From: Eremomyces bilateralis CBS 781.70
Taxonomy: Eukaryota
DNA length: 64,000 bases
Assembly (NCBI GenBank): GCA_010015585.1
Contig: ML975181.1
Direction: 5' to 3' (one strand)
The notes under the pieces are model-generated. The model worked only from the letters and a program-made list of their open reading frames with translations, had not been told where the DNA came from and ran no database searches. Position 1 is the first letter of the stretch; the number at the start of each line of letters is the position of its first letter. Positions 49,499 to 62,231 of this stretch are shown here, piece after piece. Position numbers and translations under genes: made by a program.

Positions 49499-51067
49499 AG
49501 GAATCGTCTAAACGTGTATCTCTCCGGAAACCTATCTTGAGATGATCATGGAAGGGAATCATTATCCGAGATGAGAAATACGCTCCCTGTTACGTTACTG
49601 CAAGTCCAAATTAACTAGTTAGTAGCTGTGTTAATTATTAGTAACCTCGGGTCCGGGGTAATGATGCCACTACTGCAAGCTCAGTCATGCATGCAGAATT
49701 GTCGCACTGGAGCCGCAGGGCGCAGAGTCACGTTGTCACATAAGCAGTCCATACGCTTCTTGAATGGATTTCGTTCAATGCATATTAGTGATAGGTATCA
49801 AGTCTATCAGTGGACAGGAATACAGAACACTACGTCATATCCAGTTGCCGAAGATATCAGGATCAAGGCTCTTCGACTTTCACAACTGTGCATAATTGCT
49901 ATTTGCATATGATTTTAGCGGAGAACAATAATTTTCTGGTAGCATATCTGTCGGGAGCTCGGAATGGATGCCGGCATGCCGAGCGTGGAGCTCAAAATCG
50001 TCGATTCCATTGTTCATCGTCACATCAGTACCTTATTGATGCTTGATTTGCAAGTTCCCCTCTTGGCCAAGATAAAGGTTCAAGCCGTTCATGCTGATTG
50101 CTGCACCATCGAGTCACTGGTGTCTTGGCTCGTATAACTTCCTGCTCGGGCATATCCCGGAGGCCGGAGATGCGCAAAATGGGTGCGCGAATTTTCGGTC
50201 GCGTTAGATAATCATCGCCTCGTGTCTGGGGCGGCTGATGCGGGCCCTAAATAAGTTCCCGCCGAATGGAGCAACTCGGTGATAGGATTTCGAAGTCAAG
50301 CTACAAGTCCGGCTTTCATTGGGTATGAGGAACTACAACGGTGATCCGCATGCCGATATGTACTCCTTCGGGCGAGACTGATGTCCGATCGTCCGCTCCG
50401 GTATCGATGTAATTTTGACCCTCGTCAGACGGTATTCCTAGGTAATTCACCTTCTTGGTTTTTTGCATTCCTGAAACTTGGACGAGATGGTTTCATCGAT
50501 TATCTTTCGCTGTCCTTTCCCGTTTTGCCAGTTTGGTGGCTACAAAACCTAGGGTGCGAATAACCTCAGCCGCCGGGACTTCGCCCTCTAGGAACGCCGA
50601 CCTTATGCAAACTGAGTGCTTAGTCTTCACAGGAGCAAAGCTCTTTTAAGTATTTGAATAGCCTGCGAATGTTCCTAATCAACGCTTCTGTCGCCTTCTC
50701 ATCTATATCCACGGTATCTCCTGTGAAACTACGTCGATGATATCCCCGAAATCCCGTGTACCTATATGAAGGCCATAGCAGCCACTGCACGGTAAAGCCG
50801 TCGGTCCTTCGAGGAGTATGATGGTAAATGTCGCTATTTTCGATTATTTGGATCATGAATCAGCCATATTCGACGCAACAATTATAAAAATTATCGTTGT
50901 GATTGTGAATGACAAAGTTTTTGACGTCCAGTTGCCTTCGTAAACAAAATTGGAGCAGAGTAAACAAATCAGATTCACTGTTTGGTATGAGTAGGTGCAT
51001 AATGTTGTACGGCGGACATTAGAAACCAAAGCTGCAGTCTGTGGAGCCGCCACTTTCACTTCAAGAT

Positions 51068-51097
51068 TCGCGTCTTCAGATGTACAGGACGCGTCTT
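51068..51097. promoter_or_regulatory. Two MCB-like elements upstream of EXO1
   Basis: TCGCGTCTT at 51068 and ACGCGTCTT at 51089, ~170-200 nt before the ATG. Confidence 0.55.
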
Positions 51098-51265
51098 ACA
51101 ACCATCGTAACCATCTGATCTGTCTATCTCATGGTAACATCACTCACCTTAAGAATCCAATGGATTTCCCTTAGACCTCCCTTCTTCCCTTCAATATCGT
51201 CGTTACTTTAGCCTCTGCACACACCCTGTTTGGCGGTGTTATGCGAGACTTCATCCTGTCTCATC

Positions 51266-53831
51266 ATGGGCGTTCAAGGTGAGAGAAGTCATTTCAGATG
51301 GGCCAGTGCCTCTTACTTACGGATCTCAGGGTTGCTTTCGTATCTGGAAGATATTTCAAAGCCAGTGTCGCTCAAGAACTTTGCTGGTCAAACAATCGGT
51401 GTTGATGGATATGGCTGGCTTCATCGCGGCGCAGTTTCCTGTGCAATTGAGCTAGCGCAAGGCAAGCCTACCAACAGGTATGTTTTTCACCGCTCTCAAT
51501 CGATCTGCTGTTAGATTCCTGGATGCAGTCTACTTATCGACCTTTTAATTCAACCAGACACGCTAAAATTGATCCAGATATGTTGACTTCTTTATGGGTC
51601 GCGTCCGGATGCTTGAGCATTTCGGTATCAAGCCGTACATTGTCCTCGATGGAGATTATCTTCCCAGTAAAGCAGGGACTGAGCTTCAACGTTCAAGTTC
51701 CCGTGAGAGTTCAAAGAAAATCGGCCTTGAGCTGCTAAAAGTCGGTCGCTCTGCACAAGCATTTCAGACCCTTCAAAAGGCCGTAGAGGTGACTCCTGAA
51801 ATGGCCCGTCTTGTCATTGACGAGCTCCGGCGATGTGGTGTCAGCTATGTCGTGGCTCCATATGAAGCTGATTCGCAATTGGTGTATCTCGAGAAGAAAG
51901 GCCTCATATCCGCTATTCTCTCCGAGGATTCCGACATGCTCGTCTTTGGTGCTAAGGTTCTCCTCACCAAACTCGACAAGTTTGGGGGCACCATTATGAT
52001 TCGCCGTGAGAAATTCACCGCATGTCGCAGACTGAGCTTCGCAGGATGGACCGACAATGAGTTTCGTCGGATGTGCATTCTCTCTGGATGCGATTACTTG
52101 GCCAACATGAAGAACATGGGTCTCAAGAATGCCCATGCAATGGTCCGAAAGCACAAGAGCATCGATCGAATCATCCGTGCGATCCAGTTCGATGGGAAGT
52201 TTAAGGTCCCTCCTGGTTACCTCAAGTTGTTTGACCAAGCGGAGAAAACCTTTCTTTATCAGCGGGTGTTCGATCCGAAAACGAAGCAACTTGTGACTTT
52301 GAATGACCCTACCCCAGACTTTGCTGATGAAATGGAGGGGCTCCTATACATCGGACCCAAGATCGACAATGAAACAGCTGCCGGCATTGCTCTTGGGGAA
52401 CTGCATCCTCATAACAAAGGCGAATTGAAGCCAGCACCAGCACCTGTGAAGCCTCTGCAGCGATTTAACACCCCTAAACTCCGCACTGACTCCGGTCCGC
52501 CTGGTGGAGACCCACCCATCACGGACTTCTTTGCGAAGAAGCGCATTCCACTCGCGGAGCTCGACCCTAACACGTTCGCTCCAACGCCAGAACAGGAAGC
52601 ACTACTTGCCAGAGCCCGAAATTCCGAGTGGAATGGCTACGAAGCACCTGTGATATCGAGCAACTCTCTTCGAACACGTTCGGCTCCGATAGTGGTCCAT
52701 CCTTCGCAAGAGAACATCGACCCGAATGTTTCAAGCCGTAGGACGGCATCAGCACCGCTAAGCATTGCTAGAAATAGTCGAGGACTGCGTGCTGGTCAAC
52801 CTCTTGCCGAGATCAGTAATTCTGCGGCAAAAAGCGATCGGGACCCAAATGCTGCCCATACGACCGCCCGTTCTACAATTAGTGGGCCTGCTTCCAAGCG
52901 ACAGCGATTATGCTCGAACAGCATTGATGGCGCAGCTGGCCCGAGTCCCAGAACCTCCACAGGGACTAAAAATGAAGGACGCAGCAAGTTCTTTGCTCCG
53001 AAATACGACGATCCCCAGATCACATCGAAGATCGGGGAAGATCATACGACCCAGGACGAATGCGCAGCTCCCAACAATCAAAGTGCTAATGTCTCGGTCT
53101 CATTTACTGAAAATATCGAGGGAGAAAACCTGGGCATCCGCAGCAAGAAGTTCTCTGCTGCTAAAAGCAGAAAGTCCTCCATGAAGATTTACCTTGATGA
53201 TCTCAAATACCATCCTGTTGCTGAGGGCGGTACGATGGCTATGAAGTCCGGTCAGACCCCGGCCGATGATGGTGCGATGAAGCGTGGGCGCAGCGGTTCT
53301 ATCAACGCGGAAAAGAAGACAATTGCATTTACCCCACAAGCAAAACCTAAATCCAACCTCTACGGTGTCCGACGCTCGGTTCGAGATTCTGGTATCGGGT
53401 TCTCACCCATACATAATACACCGAAAGCCTCCGGATCCTCCAAGGTCTTCAGTCGAGGAATGAACTCCGGCACGAGCTCTGCGATCAAATCCCCAACAAC
53501 GTCCAGGAAACATTGTCGAGCCGGATCGGAAATCAACGGTGCAACTTGGGATGAGGTCGGGCCGCGTGTCGTGGTGCTGCGAAGCGACGACAATATCCAA
53601 CACGTTGAATACCGGCCAATCGGTCTCTCCGCGAAGAACGCCGTTATGAAATCCAGCCCCCCGCGAGTTAACCAGGGCAGCGAGGACTCCCTGCTGGTTC
53701 ACGACAGCCAGAGCGAGTGCGGCATGTCAAGCGATACGGAGGGTTTGTGTGCGGCGTCGCCAAGCCGACATGCGAAGGTCCGCGTGGTTGACTTTCAAGC
53801 GTTTCGATTCTCCTCAAGCCATGCGGCCTAG
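51266..53831 (+). CDS. EXO1: Exonuclease 1 (XPG/Rad2 family)
   Basis: MGVQGLL, GVDGYGWLHRG, PYIVLDGDYLPSK, VAPYEADSQL, SEDSDMLVFG and ILSGCDYL. Introns ~51279-51329 and 51478-51577. Confidence 0.95.
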
Positions 53832-54130
53832 TAGCTCTGATGTTGCAGTGCTGCGTGGCTATGTTTAGCGGTGGAACATGTGCTTTCCTGTCTTCGTCTT
53901 TAGCGATGCATAGCGACGGCGTTTTATGTGTGGTCATTTTACGGGTCTATCATTATGGACACAGAGAGGAGGTTTAGCGTTATTAGCGTGAAGGCAAAGA
54001 GGCGTGTTTAAGATACCATGTCTCATCCGAATTCCTACCATCAATACAAGAAATCCACGAGGATGTGCTCCAGCTCCTCTAAAGCGTTGATTGCCAAGAG
54101 ATATTCCTTCCTAGATGACATGTAACTCGT

Positions 54131-55924
54131 TCAATTCAAGAACGAGACCAAAGCACTAAGCATTTCCGCCGTAGCAACCTCTTCTGCCTCGTCAGGCGTC
54201 CCTATCTCTTTTAACTGTTCCTGTAAAACCGCTTTGGCATTCGACAGCGCCTGGTCCGTCTCGTCCAACACAGACATGATCTTTCTCTTCGCACCAGCAT
54301 CCTCAGCCACGAGCCAAGCTAGAATGGCATCCACCAACCTCAGAGAATGTAGCCCGCTCTCCAGCCGTCTCGCCAACCACTCCTCCTCCCGCACTTCAAT
54401 CTCACCCTCATCTCCCCGCCGCTTCAGATTCGTCTTCTCTTCCGTGATAGCCGCATCGACACCTCTGAGCCGTGCCTCCAGCTCCCTCCGAACGACACCC
54501 AACCTCCCAATCTTCTCATAGTCCCTCTCCACGAACTTCGCCAGCGTGCGTATGCGGCCGGCGCTGTCCGCGGGGAGCAATCGCAGCAACGCGGATAGGA
54601 TTCCGAGCAGATGCTCCGTGGTTGACGCGTCTTGCTTCTTCATGAACAGCTTGAACAAGATGCCCAGTCCCTGCGCCTCGACGAAGTGCTCGGCCAGTGC
54701 GCCAGACTCGGGAGAGGACCCCGCAAGGCCGTGATCCAGCGTCCGCAGTGCACGTGGTTTGCTGAGACTGGACGACCGGAGCATGATAAGGAGCAGCTCG
54801 ATGCCCTCGGCGGCCTGGAAGGCGGCTTTATTGGCGGGTGTGAGGAGGGCGAGGACGAGCGCGTCGAACAGATCCTCGAAATATTCGGACGCGGTGCTGC
54901 CGGGGGACGGGTCGGATTTGCGGTACATGGCGAGGCAGTTCAGGAGGGTGTCGATGCCGTTCGGGGAGACAGAGGCGAGCGAGGACCGTGTGGAGGGCGA
55001 CGACGAGAGGAGGATGGAGAGGATTTCCGCGGCGTATTGCTTGTTTTGGGAGACTGCCTTCTCAGTCCGCTGGAGGCGACTCAGGAGCCACGGGAGGAGC
55101 GAGGTGGGTCCGGTGGACGATAACTCCGCAGCGACGGACGAACGCGAGGAGAGGATCTCGACTGCGGAGAGGGAATGGTAGACGCCATTGCGGTCCTCTT
55201 CGGTCGCAGATTCGTCGAAACGACTGAAGTTGGCGGTTAGGAGGGAGATTATATCGGCTTCGAGGGCGGCATCAACCAGAGCGTCCCACTGCTCCGGCTC
55301 AGCTTCGACGTCCTCATCGAGGAGTTCACCAATGGTCTGGATGGCTCGAATGGCAATGTCCGTGTTTTCGTGCGCGAGCAAGGACACCAAAGATGCTACA
55401 CAGCCCAGCTTTGCAAATTCCGGGTAGAGGTCGGTATGTTCAGCCAGGATCGACAGGTTCCGGACCTCATCGTCCAGATCTGCCTCAGACTGTAGGAACT
55501 TCGTCGGGTCCTCTTCATACTTCGCTCGCAGTTCCGCGTTCTTCGATATCTTCTTCTCAAAATTCAACGCCAGTCGCCGTATCCATGCGCTGTCGTATTT
55601 CTCCTGCACATATTCCTCCTGACCGTCCGCGATGTCGAGGTAATCCATGGCTGCCGCTGTCGCCTTGTCCATGCCACCGCCGAAGAATCGTCCTTCCTCA
55701 TCCGGATCCTCACCATCGTCGGGGGGCATCTCGGGACCGGCTTCCGCGTCGTCATCGTAATTGTTCTCGTCGGCCTCTTCGACGCTGGCGTGCGTTTTCC
55801 CTTTTGCGTCCCCATTTGCGGAGAGCTTCGCGGACTTGTAGAAGTGTGAGGGATCGTGATTGAGCTCGATCTTACGCTTGCTACCGATACCAGCGCCTTT
55901 GAATAGCTCGTCGATGCTCGTCAT
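54131..55924 (-). CDS. CTNNBL1: Beta-catenin-like protein 1 (CTNNBL1, spliceosome-associated)
   Basis: EEGRFFGGG, FEKKISKNAELRAKY..DPTKFLQSEADLD, LLAHENTDIA, QNKQYAAEILSILL and KFVERDYEKI. Confidence 0.92.
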   Translation of the reverse strand: MTSIDELFKGAGIGSKRKIELNHDPSHFYKSAKLSANGDAKGKTHASVEEADENNYDDDAEAGPEMPPDDGEDPDEEGRFFGGGMDKATAAAMDYLDIADGQEEYVQEKYDSAWIRRLALNFEKKISKNAELRAKYEEDPTKFLQSEADLDDEVRNLSILAEHTDLYPEFAKLGCVASLVSLLAHENTDIAIRAIQTIGELLDEDVEAEPEQWDALVDAALEADIISLLTANFSRFDESATEEDRNGVYHSLSAVEILSSRSSVAAELSSTGPTSLLPWLLSRLQRTEKAVSQNKQYAAEILSILLSSSPSTRSSLASVSPNGIDTLLNCLAMYRKSDPSPGSTASEYFEDLFDALVLALLTPANKAAFQAAEGIELLLIMLRSSSLSKPRALRTLDHGLAGSSPESGALAEHFVEAQGLGILFKLFMKKQDASTTEHLLGILSALLRLLPADSAGRIRTLAKFVERDYEKIGRLGVVRRELEARLRGVDAAITEEKTNLKRRGDEGEIEVREEEWLARRLESGLHSLRLVDAILAWLVAEDAGAKRKIMSVLDETDQALSNAKAVLQEQLKEIGTPDEAEEVATAEMLSALVSFLN

Positions 55925-56526
55925 TTTCTCCGGCCGTTCTGGAGGTGTATGGCATTGGAATTGTCATATGTTGCGTCCTGAGGTGAGCTGGCACGGCTGG
56001 TGATGTTGATGTTGAAAGTTGGATCCTTCATTCGTGGTTCGCTCCGTCCGCCGTGCAGATTCTCACCAAAAGTCGCCTTCTCTACGCTGTCGCGAGTGTA
56101 TGTAAGCAGGGAAAATATAGCTAACTTAACTTAGCTTTAAAACTGTACGGACAAAAATATATCCTCTTGCCCGCCCTGCGCAAATATCTTTTGCATGTAT
56201 GTATCTAACACTTGATTGTCTGATGACTGAGTTGTATACAGACAGTTGCTTCATCAGCAAATGTGTTCACAATACCGGTGAGAGAGATTCATACGCCCGT
56301 CAGGCCTCTCTGCGAGGCCCATGTGGGGAGTTCACAGTACCGGTACCTACTGTACTGATACCTATTGTATTATATTACATGCAGGTGTTCATGCGCCTGC
56401 TCGAATGGCCTGAATCCAGTCCGGTTCATACCAGTATCTTTGAGTCTATCTTCATCCTTCAGGTCCGAGTTGATACAACCGCTCGTCCAATCCCAGCTAA
56501 GTGTGTCCAATACACATTGCACTCCT

Positions 56527-57681
56527 TTAATCCAAGTTCTGTATCATGACCTTGATCGCACCACTCTTCACGTCACTCGCCGTATGAAATGCCTTCTCGG
56601 CCTCTTCCAGCTTGAATCGATGCGTTACCAGCATCTTTAGGTCAATGACGCCGTTCTCCAGCAACCGGATTGCCGTCGGCCATGTGTTGGCATAGCGATA
56701 TTGAAATTGTAAGTCCACCTCCCGCGTGCTGCACCGCATGAAGGGCATCGTCATCTCGCTTTTGCCGACCCCGATGACGAAGACTTTACCTCCGAATTTG
56801 ACCGCCTGGATGGCGCCCGCGACCGAGCTCTCGACGCCGGTACACTCCATGGCCAGCGCGATTTCCTGGCCGCCCGCCAACTGCTTCACTCGACCAGCGA
56901 AGTCCTCGGGTGTCTCTCCCCTCTTAACCAGCAACGTGCGCACTCCCGGAACCGCCTTTTGTGCAAACTCTAGTCGGCTCTCATCGATATCGGTGATCAG
57001 CACCGGCGCTGCTCCTGCTGCCTTGACGCATGCCGCCGTGACCAACCCAATCGGCCCAGCTCCGCAAACCAGGACCACATCGCCCAAAGCAACTCCAGCC
57101 CGCTTCACTCCCGCTACCGCAACGCTCAGCGGCTCCAACAGTGCGCCGTCCTCCCAGTCCAGACTCTCCGGCAGCTTGTGACACCATTGTGCCGGGTGAT
57201 TGACGTACCGCCGCAGCAGGCCCGGAACCGGCGGTGTTGAGAGGAACTCCACGTTCTCGCACCCGTTATACCGTCCGGTCAAGCAGGGCTCACAGTTGAA
57301 GCAGGGAATGTTGGGCTCGATTGCAACTCGATCGCCGGGTTTCAGGTTCGTGACGGAAGGGTGCACGGCGAGGATCTCGCCGGCGGATTCGTGCCCAAGG
57401 ATGTGTTTGTCGGTGACGATCATGGGTCCAATGCAGCCGGCATGCCAGAAGTGGATATCGGACCTGTTTTATGGTACTTGGTTAGTTACCTCTGGACGTT
57501 GCAACGGAGACTGTGCCAACGTCTGCACTCCTTACCCGCATATTCCAGTGCTCTTCACTGCGATTGTTACTTCACCAGGTTTCAATGAATCGCCTTGCTG
57601 CAGACTCTCAACGCTGGGTTCGGCACTGTCGATCCATAGCCTATGTTCCGGATCGGTGAAGACCCCGATATTTGGCTTCAT
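56527..57681 (-). CDS. ladA: L-arabinitol 4-dehydrogenase (Zn medium-chain dehydrogenase)
   Basis: [44 protein letters not shown], structural Zn [35 protein letters not shown] and [11 protein letters not shown]. One coding intron ~57535-57464. Confidence 0.92.
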
Positions 57682-58582
57682 TGTGCAAATAGGGTTGCGG
57701 TGCGTGATCTGTTAGTGGTGGGGGTGGTGGTGTCGAAGTCGGGGGAAACGCGGGGCACTGAGAGACTGATATACAACTAGACGGCGAAACAAGGACGTAC
57801 AAGGCAACTGTCGGGTATCTATTCGAGGAAATCGCAATTGTCACACTCTATTCCAGAAGAAACAGCAGAACACCAAGGAGCAGAGTACTTTCAAGGCGGA
57901 AATCCTAGGGAGCAACGTGGATTTAAAAGGACGCGAACCGAGACGGATTTCAATATCTTCATTCGTGCGACTTTCTGTCCATAAGTTTTGAGTGGGGAGT
58001 CTCAGGGTTCGGCATGACGATCTGCGAAATGCGCCACCGGGATATTTCTAGAGTCGATGGACATGGCAAAGGGGTGGTGGGGAGCGCAATAATTAGCCTA
58101 AATCGCGATCTTTAGTTGCAGTGAACTGTGGAGGATATTCCGTAGACGAGCGTAGATTCTCCACCTAAGGGAATAATCTAGAACTCTGGGGAGCGAAACG
58201 TTAAAGGACCTGTGACCTGGACTGGGGCTACACAGTACAGGGGCTAGCTGCAGTCTGCACCAAAAGGCCTCCAATGAGTGCTGCTATGTATCATGTATCA
58301 ACCCGCAAGTAGGTTCTCATATCGCGTCCGGAACAATCATCCGAGCCTATAACTTAGTTAGATATAAGATAGTGGTTGGGCACTTCCAACGTTTCATGGC
58401 AATCTGAGCTGGATAACTGTATATCAATATCCTGAAGTCAATGTACAGCAATGATCCACATAGAAACACTAGCTTCGACGCCCTATCCCCTCCAAAAGGC
58501 AAAAACGCCATTGGTATCAATCATTTATTTGCAATAGCAAACCATCCCAAACCCCAAACCCCACAACCCCATCACCCGTCCA

Positions 58583-61500
58583 TCATCCCATTTCATAAAG
58601 CTGACTTCCTCTCGTATCCGCCCCTGAAATCTGTCCCATTATATACCTGTATTCATATAACACCCGCCTGCACGGTTCGCACGTAAGGTCCGGCCTCGTG
58701 TATCCCTTCTTCGCACACTCCGCACATGCCACGATATCCCCCGTCGCAAAATCCATCTCCCGCAGCGCCGCGATTTGTCCCGCCGTTTCCTCTCGTGGCG
58801 GCATCGCTGCCGGCGGCACAGGGAGCTCGGAGCCTGGTGGTGAATCGTACGGAGCATCTCCGTAAGGGTCGGAGGTGGTAGGAGGTAGGAGACTGGTCAA
58901 CGGTTCGTAACCGGTCGGTGGTGGATGGCGTGCGGACTCGTACGGGAATGGCTGGAAATTCGGGGAAGGGTCGGTGCTGGCCTGATCGTACGGGGACGGT
59001 ATGTACGTCGAAATCGGTCGCCGACCTGATTCCACGCTACTGGCGTTACGCGAGGCGGGCCCTGGCATATCCGTGACAGTCGACAGGGAACTGACGTGAG
59101 ATCCCAATCTTTCCGCGGGTTCGTTTTGCTGTGTAGGGACAGCCAAACCGTTGAGGCCAGATGTGCTCTTGTTTTTGTTATGCGCAAATCGGAAACGTGA
59201 AACTAGCGTACTCATTCCACGAGAGAGACCCACAGGCGGCGGATCGGTCACCGGAGGACGCAGAAATATGGGATTCGGTAGCGGCGGGGGAGGACGGGTG
59301 GGCGACATGGGAGGAGGGGTTTCCCGATCGTTGTCTTTCTCGGACGCTGCGACGGCAGGGTCGGTACTGCCATCGTCGTCTTTCTCGAAGACCCCGGCCA
59401 ACTGGGCCGGAGCCACGGTTGGATACGATTGCTCCGACCTTGCGTTCTCTTTCGCTTCCGCGGCGAGGAGTAACCGTAGAACCTCGCCCTTCTTCTCCTC
59501 ATCGATGTCCGGCGCAAACCCGATGCGGGTTGCGGTCATGTTGAAGCCCCAACCTCCACTTGGTAGGAGGCCTGATATACTGGCGCCGCTATCAAGGAGA
59601 TCCTGTACGATCTCTGCGTGGCCGTAATGAGCGGCGTATCGTAACGGCTGCCAGTCCTGTTCGTCCCGTTGTAGGGCTGACGCCCCTCGCACGATCAATT
59701 CCTGGACAACTTCCAGATGACCGTATTTCGAAGCTAAACAGAGAGGCGAGTCTTCGTGACTTCTTCCACGGCCGCTGAAACGGGCCCGCATTGGGATACC
59801 CATATTTAAGTAGTATCGCACTAGGTCGACGTGCCCGTGTGCCGCAGCGTGGCCAAGAGCTCGATCGCCCCCTCCATCACGCACCTCAGTATCGGCTCCT
59901 CGTTGGAGCAGAAGGTTGATGATATTGATAGCGCCGTTCTGTGAGGCGATATGCAATGGCCTTTTCTTAGTGGTGGTCTCCACTTCAACATTGGCGCCAG
60001 CCCCTAATATCCGGCTAACGACATTCTCGTCCGGGTCCTGACACGCATAATGCAGCGGTCGTAGTCCAGCGGAACACTGGGCCTCGATCCCAGCACCGTT
60101 AAGCAGCAAGAGGTCAACCGTGGCAAACTTGCCATCAGAAGGACTGATTACTGCTAGATGTAAAGCCGTCCGATTGTCAGATGTTCGCGCATCTATCGAG
60201 GCCTTTTTCGCCAGTAGCAACCTCACCACTTCGTAGTGCCCGTTAAACGCGGCCCAGTGTAGGGGCGTCATGTCCGCATGGCTACGATGCTTCAGACTTG
60301 CCTTCTTCCGCAAGAGTAGCTTGACGATTCGGTCAGATCCATTAGCACAGGCGCAAGACAGTGGTGACATTGAATCATGCCCAGGGCTTTCAAGATGGCT
60401 GTCGGCTCTTTTAGATAGAAGAGCCTCCACCACAGCCTCATGTCTCTCATGGGTTCCGGTACAAGCGTAGTGTATCGGAGCCATTAGATTCGCGTCTCTT
60501 CCCTCATAATCCGCACCGCAACTGAGTAACAGTCGAACGATTTCGTCTTCCCCGTTCTGAGCAGCCGAATGGAGGGCCGTCATATGGTTCGCATCTCGGG
60601 CATTGATGCCCGCACGATGCTGTAGTAGTAGCTTGATAACAGCCAGATGGCCGTAATCGCATGCGAGCCGGAGGGATGTACGTTTCTCAGGACCCTGGGC
60701 GTCGATTTCAACTTCTTCCATTAGTAGCAACTCTACGACACGGTAGTGTCCTCTCATGGACGCTAAATGAAGAGGTGTCATATCATCCACGTCACGAATA
60801 TCCGTTCGAGCTGGCTGGCGTGCTTGAATGAGGTAGCGAACGACATCATCATTACCGCAATGAGCGGCAACAGCAAGGGCCGTCCGACCCGACGCATAGT
60901 GCCGTTCTTCGATATTCGCACCATGCTCGAGCAACTCTTCGATCTCACGAACCGATCCGCTCTGGGCGGCTCGGACGATTAAGGGGGCATTCAGCCCATC
61001 CGGCCCGCTGAAGTCAACGCTTGTTCTCAGATCAGTCTCAGAACCCGCCCGCCGACGACCGCGTCGGCTCGTTTCTTTGGGACTGAGAAGGTCTTCGGAC
61101 TCGCTGAGTTTGTTCTTACTTCTCTTAAAGGGGTTGATGGACGACCATTTAGACGCAGTGTCCGGGGTCACCGCTCTCGGGCTGCCTTGAGATACCCGTG
61201 GAACAGCGGAGTCGGAAGCGGATGAAACGTGAATGATGGGGCGGTTCCAAGTCCTCGAATGATGAATGGGCTCAGAGCTCATTGAATGCTGGTATGGTCG
61301 TGGCTTTGGCCTCTGCCTCAATGCCGATGAACCTAACGGTGAGAGTAGATCGCGACCCATCGTCGACTCTGTATCCGTTGGGCTCCGTACCGATCCCATG
61401 CCCGAATCGTTACGGTCTCGTTCTACAGCTTTGTTTCGCGGGAGAGAATTGTTGAGCTTATGCTCTCTCACCTCGTTTAACGCCGCCACATTCTCGGTCG

Positions 61501-62231
61501 TCAATTTCGGTATGGCTCGCTCATCTGGTCGTGTGCTGCGACGGTAGATCGCAGAGGTCCGCATCTCGCTGTCAAGCGAAAAGATTGTGCTCGAAATCAC
61601 CGACGTTCGCCTGCTGGCTATGCTTGAAGTTGTGTTCGATCGTGCAGGCCTCGTGGAACGGCCTCTAATCGTGGATGTGTCGTCCGCAACGCTGCGTACT
61701 ATCTCTTGGTTCCGTGGTTGGTGTAGGATCGACTGCCGTTCAATGCGACTCGAACTACGATGATCAACATTTTCTCATCATCTTAAGTGCGTCAAATCGT
61801 CCATACCACTGAGAAGCTTGAACCAAGGTGTGTAATAATGCCATTGAATCATGGAGAACGCTCTTGTGACTTTTCATACTCTCCTCATCCCAACCCTCGT
61901 CCTCTCCACCGTCCGTATCTACTTCGAGCAGCCTGTCCACCTCCGTTTGTAAATCACGAAGTACTTCTTCAACATTGTCTCTTGCGATTTCGAATTGATT
62001 CTGGAAATCCTCATCGCATGATTCGGCCGCCTGCTTGTTGTTCTGCGCCCATCTCCGAAGGTTGCTCAACGACGCCTTCACGAGTTGAAGTTCGTCCACC
62101 ACTGCATGTGCTGTCCCGTCGGCAGCGGCGTATTTCCCACGCAACCGTCGAAGACCATTGATGGCTTTCGTGACATTAGTTATGAGCGGCCCGCTCGCAG
62201 CGATTGCGTCACTAAAAGATCCATGATCCAT
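58583..62231 (-). CDS. Ankyrin-repeat protein with N-terminal HeLo-like/STAND-N-terminal helical domain and Pro-rich C-terminus
   Basis: Exon 1 62231-61807 encodes an amphipathic helical domain (LRRLRGKYAAADG..VDELQLVKASLSNL). Intron 61806-61755 joins in frame to the 1005-aa ORF with >12 ankyrin repeats (TPLHLA, TALHSAA, TPLHWAA, RPLHIA). Confidence 0.85.

Noticed and set aside
50380..50860. Possible frameshifted gene relic upstream of EXO1
   Set aside because: Short frames look protein-like but match nothing I recognise; needs tBLASTx.
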